A DNA stretch of 64,000 nt from Candidatus Acidiferrum sp. (GTDB lineage Bacteria > Acidobacteriota > Terriglobia > Acidiferrales > UBA7541): positions 27,718 through 91,717 of the forward strand of contig DATKPM010000104.1 in NCBI GenBank assembly GCA_035524135.1, given 5' to 3'. How positions within the stretch are numbered: position 1 is the first letter of the stretch; the number at the start of each line of letters is the position of its first letter. Under the pieces are notes generated by a model, which saw nothing but the letters and a program-made list of their open reading frames with translations, was not told the origin of the DNA and searched no databases. The position numbers and the translations under genes were made by a program. Below are positions 36,527 to 44,580 of the stretch, piece after piece.

Positions 36527-36555
36527 ATCATAGAGCAGGTCATGCAGGCTTGCAA
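36527..36555 (-). promoter_or_regulatory. Sigma-70-like promoter of the cys leader (TTGCAA-17-TATGAT)
   Basis: On the - strand, TTGCAA lies at 36555-36550, followed by a 17-nt spacer and TATGAT at 36532-36527. Confidence 0.6.
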
Positions 36556-36596
36556 CCAAAGAATCACAAATATCGAGGGGGTGTTTTCAGGAAGGG

Positions 36597-37034
36597 CTAC
36601 TTCTTCGACGAGTCCTGCGTGGTGGGTTTAGGCAAAACACTTGCGCTTCCTGTGTGCCGCTTCCTCTGTGAGGGGTCCCAATCTTCGGGTGGGAACATGA
36701 TGCGCCAAAATAGGGGCGAGCGCTCGGCAAACTGGAGTCCGACCTGGATGCGGTCACCCTCTTTCTGCCCGAGGAACATAACCTGGCAGGGAAGCTCCTC
36801 GGCTGTTTTCGAATTAATGAGCATTACCTCCTGGGCTCGTTCCAGAGCGCTTTTCATGAGGACGAGGCAGCCGTGGGCGTTGACCGTGACCGTATGAGTT
36901 TTTTCCTCGAAAACCTGGCCTTTGTAGGTTCCCTTCACAATGACGGGCATCATGATCTGCACGCGTTGAGTCCGCCGCTTCTTTTCGTAGGGTTCGGGAA
37001 GCTGCGGCTGGGTCGGGATTTTCGTCTCAGACAT
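36597..37034 (-). CDS. PilZ-domain protein
   Basis: KKRRTQR (RRxxxR), then a beta-rich region ending in FAERSPLFWRIMFPPEDW. Start moved to ATG 37034 with an AAGGAGAG RBS. Confidence 0.7.
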   Translation of the reverse strand: MSETKIPTQPQLPEPYEKKRRTQRVQIMMPVIVKGTYKGQVFEEKTHTVTVNAHGCLVLMKSALERAQEVMLINSKTAEELPCQVMFLGQKEGDRIQVGLQFAERSPLFWRIMFPPEDWDPSQRKRHTGSASVLPKPTTQDSSKK

Positions 37035-37277
37035 GATCTCTCCTTGAAAATCTTCTCGCTTTACGGACCCTCGCGCAACCAATCTCCAAGCGAATGCGTG
37101 CAGAAGCTAAATAGGGCATTTTCTGTTTTGAGGGCCAAACGAAGGCAAGAGTTGCCAAAGCCACGGCCCGAAGTTTGAAAAAGTACCAGATACTCTTTCT
37201 CTACAAGTGCGGTTTACGCCGCGCCGCACGGTCCCGTTTGCCTCTATTCTTGGGGTATCGGCTTCCAGCTATTTTCT

Positions 37278-39095
37278 ATGAGTGAAAGCTCCAATCCGCC
37301 GCGTCCTGGTGAGCCACGGCCCATCGCCGCCCGCGACACCGTACTCTTGACGCCCTCTTCCACGGACTCACGCTTATCCGGGCAGCAACAGCCCGCAAAC
37401 TCGCCGGACGTGCAAGGGACGGTCTTGGTTAGCAACATCAGCCCGGCCGCACTTGCTGCTCTCGGGCAGCGCTACGACATCCTGGCAGAGGCCGGGCACG
37501 GCAGCATGGGGAATGTCTATAAGGCTCGGGACCGGGAGACCGGCGAAATTGTTGCGCTCAAACTCCTGAAGCCGGAAATCGCCTCGGATCAGGCGATGAT
37601 GGAGCGATTCAAGAACGAGTTGCTGTTCGCACGGAAGATCACACACAAGAATGTTTGCCGCGTCTACGACTTCAACCGCATCGCCGGCGTTGCCTATACC
37701 TCAATGGAATTCGTCGAGGGCGAAAGCCTGCGCTCGGTCCTCACCCGGTTTGGCGGTCTTCCCACGCGCAAAGGCGTGGACATCGCTCTGCAAATCTGCT
37801 CGGGGCTGAAGGAAGCTCATGCGCAGGGAATCGTCCACCGCGACCTGAAGCCTGAAAACGTGATGGTCGATGGGCAGGGCAACGTGAAGATCATGGACTT
37901 CGGGATCGCGCGGTCGATGGACATGGCCACTCGCCTTACGGGAAGCATGGTCGGAACGCCTGCCTACATGGCACCCGAGCAAGTGGCGGGCAAGCCGGTG
38001 GACTACCGCACGGATATCTACTCGCTCGGCTTGGTTCTCTACGAAGTGTTTACCGGTGTGCCTGCCTTTCATGCAGACACGGCTGTCGCGGTGGCGCTGA
38101 AGCAGATGAATGAGGCTGCCCCGCCGCCGCACACCATAGACCCGTCTTTTCCCGCGCCAATCGAGCGCGTGATTCTTCGCTGCCTCGAGAAGGAGCCGGC
38201 AAAGCGCTTCGCTTCGGTTGCGGAATTGGCGCAAGCGCTCAGCCCCTCTGGCGTACAGCCGAGCGCGATGCGGGCCGTTGCTCCTGCCATGATGCCACAT
38301 CCGCCGTTGCGGAGTTCTGCGGTCTCAGCCGAGAGCGGGCATATGGCAGCTCCCCCTGCAAGCGCCGTGACAAATCCCTTTTATTCCCCCTCCGCTGTTC
38401 CGCCGAAGCCGAAACACGGAACGTCGCCGCTGGTTTGGCTGCTCCTGGGAGCCGCAGTGGCACTGGTGGCACTGGGAGGGCAAGAGTGGATTGCACAGGC
38501 GAGATTGGCCGAGCACATTCCGCCTCCGGCGTTGCCCCGCGCACTTGTGCCGGTACCGCCTGGCTTTGCGCTTAACGCTGAGCCTTCTTCGGCGTCGACC
38601 GACGGTTCGCCAGCAACAAACAGCCCATCTGGACAGCAGCCTTCTGCGGCGAACCCGACAGCGCCTGCACAGCAGGCCGCAGACGACTCGAAGACCGACC
38701 CGGGTGAGGCAACGTCCAGTCCCGCTGGTACGTCAACGAAGGCCGGCACTGCTGCAAATCCCCCGAGTGGGCGCAGCGAAGAAAGTCACCGAGCGACGGG
38801 CGCTTCCAAGGAAGCATCTGCGCCTGTCGCGGCATTCCACACCGGGGCATATTTATGGGTGGGGCGGTATGAAAGGAAAGAAGGCGCGGAGGATGCGGCC
38901 AAACAGATCGAGGACTTGGGGCTTCCCGCGCTCGTGGTGCCGCGGCGAGGTCTTTTCGAACAGTTTTATATCGTGCTTTCAGGCCCCTTCGAGGATAAAC
39001 GGCTGTCGAGCGTGACGGAGTGGTTGCGGGAACAAGGCTTCCGCGACGTTCACGAATTCAAGTGGCCAGTACCAAAGCAAGAGAAGAATCCATAG
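37278..39095 (+). CDS. Ser/Thr protein kinase with one TM segment, a low-complexity linker and a C-terminal SPOR-like domain
   Basis: Hanks motifs are present: GHGSMGNVYKA...VALK, HRDLKPEN, DFG and APE. There is a hydrophobic helix (LVWLLLGAAVALVAL). The C-terminus (GAYLWVGRYERKEGAEDAAKQIEDLGLPALVV...YIVLSGPFED) has a SPOR-like pattern. Confidence 0.9.
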   Translation: MSESSNPPRPGEPRPIAARDTVLLTPSSTDSRLSGQQQPANSPDVQGTVLVSNISPAALAALGQRYDILAEAGHGSMGNVYKARDRETGEIVALKLLKPEIASDQAMMERFKNELLFARKITHKNVCRVYDFNRIAGVAYTSMEFVEGESLRSVLTRFGGLPTRKGVDIALQICSGLKEAHAQGIVHRDLKPENVMVDGQGNVKIMDFGIARSMDMATRLTGSMVGTPAYMAPEQVAGKPVDYRTDIYSLGLVLYEVFTGVPAFHADTAVAVALKQMNEAAPPPHTIDPSFPAPIERVILRCLEKEPAKRFASVAELAQALSPSGVQPSAMRAVAPAMMPHPPLRSSAVSAESGHMAAPPASAVTNPFYSPSAVPPKPKHGTSPLVWLLLGAAVALVALGGQEWIAQARLAEHIPPPALPRALVPVPPGFALNAEPSSASTDGSPATNSPSGQQPSAANPTAPAQQAADDSKTDPGEATSSPAGTSTKAGTAANPPSGRSEESHRATGASKEASAPVAAFHTGAYLWVGRYERKEGAEDAAKQIEDLGLPALVVPRRGLFEQFYIVLSGPFEDKRLSSVTEWLREQGFRDVHEFKWPVPKQEKNP

Positions 39096-39106
39096 GCGGG
39101 ATTCCG

Positions 39107-39913
39107 ATGGAGTTTGCGGCAATAACAGATACAGGGCGTGTGCGGGGCAACAACGAGGACTGCTTCGGCGTGGCGGAAGAGATTGAGCTCTTCGTGCTCT
39201 CCGACGGAATGGGAGGCTACGCGTCCGGGGAGGTGGCCAGCAAGATTGCCGTGAATTCAGTTCTCGATCATGTTCGAGCGTCGGAGAAAAACGCGTCCCT
39301 TCCGCTTCTTGGGACGCCGCATCCGGGAGCGTCGAGCGTTGCGCAGAGGCTTGCATCGGCTGTGGCGATTGCCAACCAGGCCATCCGTGATGAAGCGGAG
39401 AAGAATTCCGCGCGGCGTGGAATGGGCGCAACCATTGTCGCGATGCAGTTTCACGAACAACGCGTGAGCATCGCGCACGTAGGAGACAGCCGAGCCTACC
39501 GGCTGCGCAATGGAACGCTTGAACAGCTCACGGACGATCATTCGTTCGTTGCGGACCAGGTGCGGCGCGGGAAAATGACGCAGGCGGAAGCGGAAACGAG
39601 CAAGTTCCAGAATGTGCTGATGCGCGCGCTTGGGCCCGAGCCGGAAGTGATTGTCGATATCAGCGAGGAAGTGGTCCTGGATGGCGACACTTTCCTTTTG
39701 TGCTCCGACGGCTTGAGCAAGGAGTTGAGAAGCACGCAAATTGGAGCGACTCTTGGCAGGACGGATGGCACTGAGGAAATCGCGACGCGATTGATCCAGA
39801 TGGCGAATGACGCGGGTGGAGAAGACAACATCACGGTAGTCATCGTCCGGTTTGCTCCGAAGCTGGTAGGTGCATTGGTCCAAAAGCTCGGGCGGTGGTT
39901 CAGGGAATCTTAG
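39107..39913 (+). CDS. PP2C-family Ser/Thr phosphatase (Stp1-like)
   Basis: Contains TDTGRVRGNNED, SDGMGG, GDSR, CSDGL and DNITVV. Start moved to ATG 39107. Confidence 0.9.
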   Translation: MEFAAITDTGRVRGNNEDCFGVAEEIELFVLSDGMGGYASGEVASKIAVNSVLDHVRASEKNASLPLLGTPHPGASSVAQRLASAVAIANQAIRDEAEKNSARRGMGATIVAMQFHEQRVSIAHVGDSRAYRLRNGTLEQLTDDHSFVADQVRRGKMTQAEAETSKFQNVLMRALGPEPEVIVDISEEVVLDGDTFLLCSDGLSKELRSTQIGATLGRTDGTEEIATRLIQMANDAGGEDNITVVIVRFAPKLVGALVQKLGRWFRES

Positions 39914-39972
39914 AGGCAGAAATTGAATTCGAGGCAGAGTCGCCGCGGGAATTGCGGCGGGAGGGTAGAGCA

Positions 39973-40707
39973 ATGCCAAAGCTGGTGCTGAAATTCGAGC
40001 AGTCGGTCCTGAAAGAAGTGCCGGTGGGCACGAAGGAAGTGAGCATCGGGCGCGCTCCGGACAATGGCCTGGTGATCGACAATCCGGCCGTGTCGAACTA
40101 TCACGCGCGCGTTTTCAACGAAGAAGGGCGGCTGATGCTGGAGGATTTTGGCAGTCTTAACGGAACATTTGTGAATGGACAGCGAATCAAGATGGTGACC
40201 ATCAAGCCCGGAGATTCGGTCCTCGTAGGGAAGCACAGCATTGTCGTCACAGAATCGCGAGAGCCGGACGGATTTGCCGATTGGAACGCCCAACAGAAGC
40301 CTTTTGCCCCGAAGATCAACGAGACTGTAATGCTCGACACGAAGGATCGCAGGAATTTCCTGCAGCAGGCCGCGGCTATCGGCGAGAGCGCGCAGGTTTC
40401 GCCAACGCGAGTCAAGGTGGCATGGCTCGTGGTTCAGTCCGGAAAGACGGACCAGCGCGAATACATCTTGAGCGACAAGCTCGTCGTCATCGGGAAGTCA
40501 GCCATGGCTACAGTAAAGCTAAAAGGTTGGTTCAAGCCGAAGGTGGCGGCGCAGATTACGCGCCGGGATGACAATTCCTACTACATCGGCCCGGCCGACC
40601 AGATTCCATCCGTGAACGGAAACGCCGCTACGCACGCGACAAAGTTGTCTTCAGGAGATGTGATTGAGGTGGCAGGCGTCCACCTGGAATTTGCCTATCG
40701 CGAGTAA
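39973..40707 (+). CDS. FHA-domain protein (N-terminal FHA plus a second FHA-like domain)
   Basis: Contains GRAPDNGLVIDNPAVSNYHARV...SLNGTFVNG, and a second IGKS...SVNGNA region. Start moved to ATG 39973. Confidence 0.85.
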   Translation: MPKLVLKFEQSVLKEVPVGTKEVSIGRAPDNGLVIDNPAVSNYHARVFNEEGRLMLEDFGSLNGTFVNGQRIKMVTIKPGDSVLVGKHSIVVTESREPDGFADWNAQQKPFAPKINETVMLDTKDRRNFLQQAAAIGESAQVSPTRVKVAWLVVQSGKTDQREYILSDKLVVIGKSAMATVKLKGWFKPKVAAQITRRDDNSYYIGPADQIPSVNGNAATHATKLSSGDVIEVAGVHLEFAYRE

Positions 40708-40784
40708 AGGCGCCAATTCCCACCGTTCATCCGTAGGCGTCTCGGCGAAGACGTGGAATTCGCCTTCCTGTTAAAATCGGCGCC

Positions 40785-41405
40785 ATGCCGGGGCGCCGGA
40801 GTCTCCGTCCAATCAAGCGGTCTGAACTGCCATACAATGCCGCAGAACTCGCGAGTTTCCTTATAGGGAAGACGCTGGTGCGCGAGCTGCGCCGTGATGG
40901 CAAGCAACGGCGGATTCTCGCGCGCATTGTCGAAACAGAGGCGTACGAGCCCGGAGACGCCGCAGCGCATTCGTTTATCGGGCAGACAGCACGGAACCGT
41001 TCGCTATTTCTTGAGCGCGGGCACGCGTACGTCTATTTTTGCTATGGAATGCACTTCATGCTGAATATCTCCGCGGAGTCTGAAGGAGTTGGGGCGGGAG
41101 TTCTCTTCCGGGCGGTGGAACCGCTGGAAGGAGCGCAGTGGACGCACGGATATGGAAAGGCCGCGGACCTGCGGAGCATTGCCAGCGGCCCCGGGAGGCT
41201 TGCGCGTGCGCTGCGGGTGACGCGAAGCCTCGACGGACTCGATCTGACGGAGCCCGGCCCGCTCTGGCTCGCGGCGCCGCTACGGCCATTGGGAGAAATC
41301 GCGACGAGCGTGCGAATTGGCATCACGAAGGAAGTTCATCGCCCGTTGCGATTTTTCGAACGCGGAAATCCGGCGGTCAGCGGCCCGCGGCGCTTGAATC
41401 AGTGA
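40785..41405 (+). CDS. mpg: DNA-3-methyladenine glycosylase (Mpg/AAG family)
   Basis: Contains IVETEAYEPGDAAAHSF, YVYFCYGMHFMLN and GPGRLARAL. Confidence 0.85.
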   Translation: MPGRRSLRPIKRSELPYNAAELASFLIGKTLVRELRRDGKQRRILARIVETEAYEPGDAAAHSFIGQTARNRSLFLERGHAYVYFCYGMHFMLNISAESEGVGAGVLFRAVEPLEGAQWTHGYGKAADLRSIASGPGRLARALRVTRSLDGLDLTEPGPLWLAAPLRPLGEIATSVRIGITKEVHRPLRFFERGNPAVSGPRRLNQ

Positions 41406-42774
41406 TGGAAACACCGCTCGGTGCGCCGCGAGCCATCCGGTGCGAAGCGTCCGGCTGCTGCTTGTAGACTTTCCCAGCCTTCATGACGAACGGAATGTTT
41501 TCGAGAAGGCGCACGTTTTGCGTCGGGTCACCTTCGACGGCAACGATGTCAGCATACTTCCCAGTGCGGATCGAGCCGAACTCATCGCTGTGCCCGAGCA
41601 GATCGGCGGCGGAGCTGGTGGCGGACTGAATCGCCTGCATCGGCGTCATCCCGTATTTCACCATGTATGCAAACTGCTTTCCGCTGGTCCCGTAGGCGCA
41701 GACGCCCGCGTCTGTTCCGAAGGCCAATTTGACGCCGGCCTGCACGGCTTTGCGGAAATTGTCGCGCTGGATTTGGCCGAGCTTCGCATCGTGCTGGAGA
41801 AAGTCGGGCGGAATGGCGTTGGCCCTGCCGTCAGCCTCGATGCACTCCTCATCATAAATATCCATGACAAGATAGGTTCCATGCGCTTTGGCAAGCGCGA
41901 TTCCCTCGTCGTCAATCATCGTGGCGTGTTCGACGGAGGTTACCCCGGCAAGGATGGCGTTTTTGATTCCCTGGGTCGAATGAGCATGGCATGCGACACG
42001 CAATCCAAAATGGTGAGCTTCGTCAACCGCTGCCTCCAGCTCCTCCATCGTGAACTCCTGCGAGCTGGGATTGCTGCCATGCTCGAGAACAGCGCCCGAA
42101 GAGAGGATTTTGATATGGTCGACGCCGTCGTTGGCAAGTTTGCGGATAACGGCCCGAACCTCCCAAGGGCCGTCGGCCTGCCCGTAATGGAGATTCCAGG
42201 GCAACGTGATGTCCGGCGCCGGCCCTGTGAGCGCTCCTGCACCACCCGTGATGGTGACGTAAGCGCCGGCGACGAACATGCGCGGCCCGATGATGTCTCC
42301 GCGGGCGATTGCATCGCGCATGGCAATGTCGTTGAGGGCGCGGTAAACGCCGACGTCGCGAACTGTCGTAAATCCGGAATAGAGCATGGCCCATCCATTC
42401 GGCACGGATTCGAAGGCTACTTCGGCGGCGGTCTTCTTCAGGTAGGTAAGCGGATCGCCGGAGGGATCGCGCGCGCCGTCGGCCAGGTGTGTGTGGCAAT
42501 CGATGAGTCCCGGAAGGACAGTCATGTTGGACAGGTCAATGACTTTGGCCCCTGCGGGAATTTGAACGTCTTTCCCGACGGCTTCGATGCGCTCGCCCCG
42601 GATCAAGATGATTTGATCGGTCAGAGTTTTGCCCGCGTCGGTGTCAATCAACTTACCCGCGCGAATCGCGGTTACGGGCGAATCGACATTCTGGGCCGAG
42701 TCTGTCTGTGCCTTTGCTGTGAAAGGACAGAAAAACAACAAGAAGAACAAAAAAGCGGTTAGTTTGATTTTCAT
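41377..42774 (-). CDS. Secreted amidohydrolase-family metallo-hydrolase (imidazolonepropionase / Xaa-Pro dipeptidase-like)
   Basis: Signal peptide MKIKLTAFLFFLLFFCPFTAKAQ, a GLIDCHTH metal motif, and later AHS and GTDAG. Start moved to ATG 42774. The 3' end overlaps mpg by 29 nt (convergent). Confidence 0.85.
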   Translation of the reverse strand: MKIKLTAFLFFLLFFCPFTAKAQTDSAQNVDSPVTAIRAGKLIDTDAGKTLTDQIILIRGERIEAVGKDVQIPAGAKVIDLSNMTVLPGLIDCHTHLADGARDPSGDPLTYLKKTAAEVAFESVPNGWAMLYSGFTTVRDVGVYRALNDIAMRDAIARGDIIGPRMFVAGAYVTITGGAGALTGPAPDITLPWNLHYGQADGPWEVRAVIRKLANDGVDHIKILSSGAVLEHGSNPSSQEFTMEELEAAVDEAHHFGLRVACHAHSTQGIKNAILAGVTSVEHATMIDDEGIALAKAHGTYLVMDIYDEECIEADGRANAIPPDFLQHDAKLGQIQRDNFRKAVQAGVKLAFGTDAGVCAYGTSGKQFAYMVKYGMTPMQAIQSATSSAADLLGHSDEFGSIRTGKYADIVAVEGDPTQNVRLLENIPFVMKAGKVYKQQPDASHRMARGAPSGVSITDSSAAGR

Positions 42775-42928
42775 TTCGGGCCCCCTATGAGCCCGGCATT
42801 CTACACGGGTTGGGCAAGCGAAAGAGCGCCCAATAGACGGGAACCCTGAAGGGATGGACACAGAAAATGACCGGGAGACAGCTTGGAAGAGCGATAGAGA
42901 AAAGAATCTTGCAGCGGGGATATAAAGG

Positions 42929-43318
42929 CTAAGAGGCGCCGCTGAAACTTTCGACCGCTTCAGCCGCGCTGGGCAAGACGCCGATGACCTTGTCCACTTG
43001 CGTCATTTCCAGAACCGAACGAACCATTCCTTTTGCACCGGCAAGCCGCAAACCACCGCCTGCTTTCAAGAGGTGCGTGTGAGTGCGCACAATCAAGCCG
43101 ATGGCGGCGCTTTCCACGTGGGTGACGCGTGAGAGGTCGAAGACAATGTTCTTCGCTCCTTTTGCCAAATGCGCCTCGACTTCCTGATCGATGCGCCGGC
43201 AGTCCGGCCCCATATGAATGCTTCCAGACATATCCAGCACGATGATGCCGGGCTTGGGAGAGAGAGTCCGTATTTCCACGTTTTCCCAGTCCTTTCGAGT
43301 GTTGATGGGTTGAGCCAT
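42929..43318 (-). CDS. STAS-domain protein (anti-sigma-factor antagonist-like)
   Basis: 129 aa with a SpoIIAA-like pattern (IVFDLSRVTHVESAAIGLIV...LRLAGAKGMVRSVLEMT). Confidence 0.8.
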   Translation of the reverse strand: MAQPINTRKDWENVEIRTLSPKPGIIVLDMSGSIHMGPDCRRIDQEVEAHLAKGAKNIVFDLSRVTHVESAAIGLIVRTHTHLLKAGGGLRLAGAKGMVRSVLEMTQVDKVIGVLPSAAEAVESFSGAS

Positions 43319-43331
43319 GGAGAACCTCGCG

Positions 43332-43616
43332 TCAGGCTTCGTAGGGAAACTGGCGAATCATTCGCAGGCAATCGGCCAGGGCTTTGAGCAGCGAATCTCC
43401 CCAGCCGGAGGGGAGCACAGGAACTGATTTCTGGTTCACGTGCTTATCCGCTTCAGCGAAGAACCGGAGCGACTGACCGGGAGGCGGGGCCGCATATTCC
43501 TTCACGACGATGCGAAACTCGATCGTCTTTTCGCCCTCGCGCTTCTTCATCGTGAAGTGATGAACCTGAGCGAGTTCCTCCGCCTTATCAGTCTGGGCGT
43601 ACTGCCAATCGGACAC
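43332..43616 (-). CDS. Hypothetical 94-aa protein, 13 nt upstream of the STAS gene
   Basis: GTG start with GGAGG 5 nt upstream. I recognise no family. Confidence 0.5.
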   Translation of the reverse strand: MSDWQYAQTDKAEELAQVHHFTMKKREGEKTIEFRIVVKEYAAPPPGQSLRFFAEADKHVNQKSVPVLPSGWGDSLLKALADCLRMIRQFPYEA

Positions 43617-43780
43617 GGGCGCCTCCGCGGGTGTGGAAAATGCTTACGCGAAGCAGGCGCATCTTAAGATGCCCGCACTTGCAAGTCAACGTCCCGACTC
43701 ACTCTTCGCGCGTTCGTCCTGTCCTTTGCTGGCATCGTCGTGTAACATCACTCTACTTTTAATTCAACCGGAGGGCCTGG

Positions 43781-44383
43781 ATGCCTGTCTGCGAGGGGTG
43801 TGGCACCCGCTCCGACGAACTCCACGTTCAGAGGCGTGCGGAGCGGTTAGCGCTCGCTAGTAAGTTTCGACCCGGGCAAGTTCACATATTGTTTCTCGAT
43901 TCCGCTCCTCCCGCCCGGGCAGAGGATTTCTTCTACTCCGTGGCCACCGACCGCTCCATTCGCTCTGCCGCGTCGCGCGGCTATTTTGATGAATTAATGA
44001 AGGCGACGGGGCAGGCTCCCGGAGCCGAAAGGAGTGAAGAAGCGGCTTTGGCGGAATTCTCGCGCAAGGGATTCTTCTTGCTCAATGCGGTGGAATGTCC
44101 GTTCGAGGATCTCATAGATCCTCAGAACTCACTGAGACGTGTGGCGCCCACAGTGATCAAGAAGATCCAAACGGAATTGAATCCTGCCTACGTGGTTCCC
44201 CTGTCGAAGCCGACCCAAGAGCTTGTGCGCTTGTTCGGATTGGTCGGCTGGGGAGACCGGCTGATTCTCGACAACGGGGCGCCATTCTCGGACCCGCACC
44301 TCGATGACCCGAAAAAACAAGCGGCTGCGGGCAGCGCGTATGGCGAGAAAATCCGGAAGATTCTGAGCGCGCTCCCGTCCTGA
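43781..44383 (+). CDS. Hypothetical protein, possibly a divergent uracil-DNA-glycosylase-superfamily fold
   Basis: 200 aa with a GGAGGG RBS. FFLLNAVECP followed by a (P)AYVVPLSKP segment recalls the UDG family-4 layout. However, the position of the catalytic GEAPG motif reads LDSAPP. Confidence 0.5.
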   Translation: MPVCEGCGTRSDELHVQRRAERLALASKFRPGQVHILFLDSAPPARAEDFFYSVATDRSIRSAASRGYFDELMKATGQAPGAERSEEAALAEFSRKGFFLLNAVECPFEDLIDPQNSLRRVAPTVIKKIQTELNPAYVVPLSKPTQELVRLFGLVGWGDRLILDNGAPFSDPHLDDPKKQAAAGSAYGEKIRKILSALPS

Positions 44384-44422
44384 ATTGCGCTCGCAAGGAA
44401 ACAGACCGCGCCTGAAGAGAAG

Positions 44423-44497
44423 TGGTGCCGAGGGGCAGAATCGAACTGCCTACGCCGGCCTTTTCAGGGCCGCGCTCTACCAGTGAGCTACCTCGGC
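44423..44497 (-). tRNA. tRNA-Phe (anticodon GAA), with encoded CCA
   Basis: The reverse complement folds by hand into a cloverleaf. Acceptor is GCCGAGG/CCUCGGC. D-arm is GCUC-ACUGGUA-GAGC. The anticodon stem CGGCC/GGCCG carries the loop CUGAAAA. T-arm is GGCAG-UUCGAUU-CUGCC. Discriminator A, then CCA. Confidence 0.9.
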
Positions 44498-44580
44498 ACA
44501 CGAGCAGCTACTTATTGTAAGGAAATCGAGCCAAGCAGAAAAGAGGAAACGCGATTCACGCGCTCACGCGACGCGCGAAT

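Noticed and set aside
44384-44580. tRNA-Phe considered as an integration hotspot, with a possible genomic island or integrative element next to it.
   Set aside because: There is no integrase, excisionase or transposase gene on either side. I see no duplicated tRNA 3' end (att-like direct repeat) nearby. The flanking genes (ftsK, a UDG-like protein) look like ordinary chromosomal genes with the same composition.
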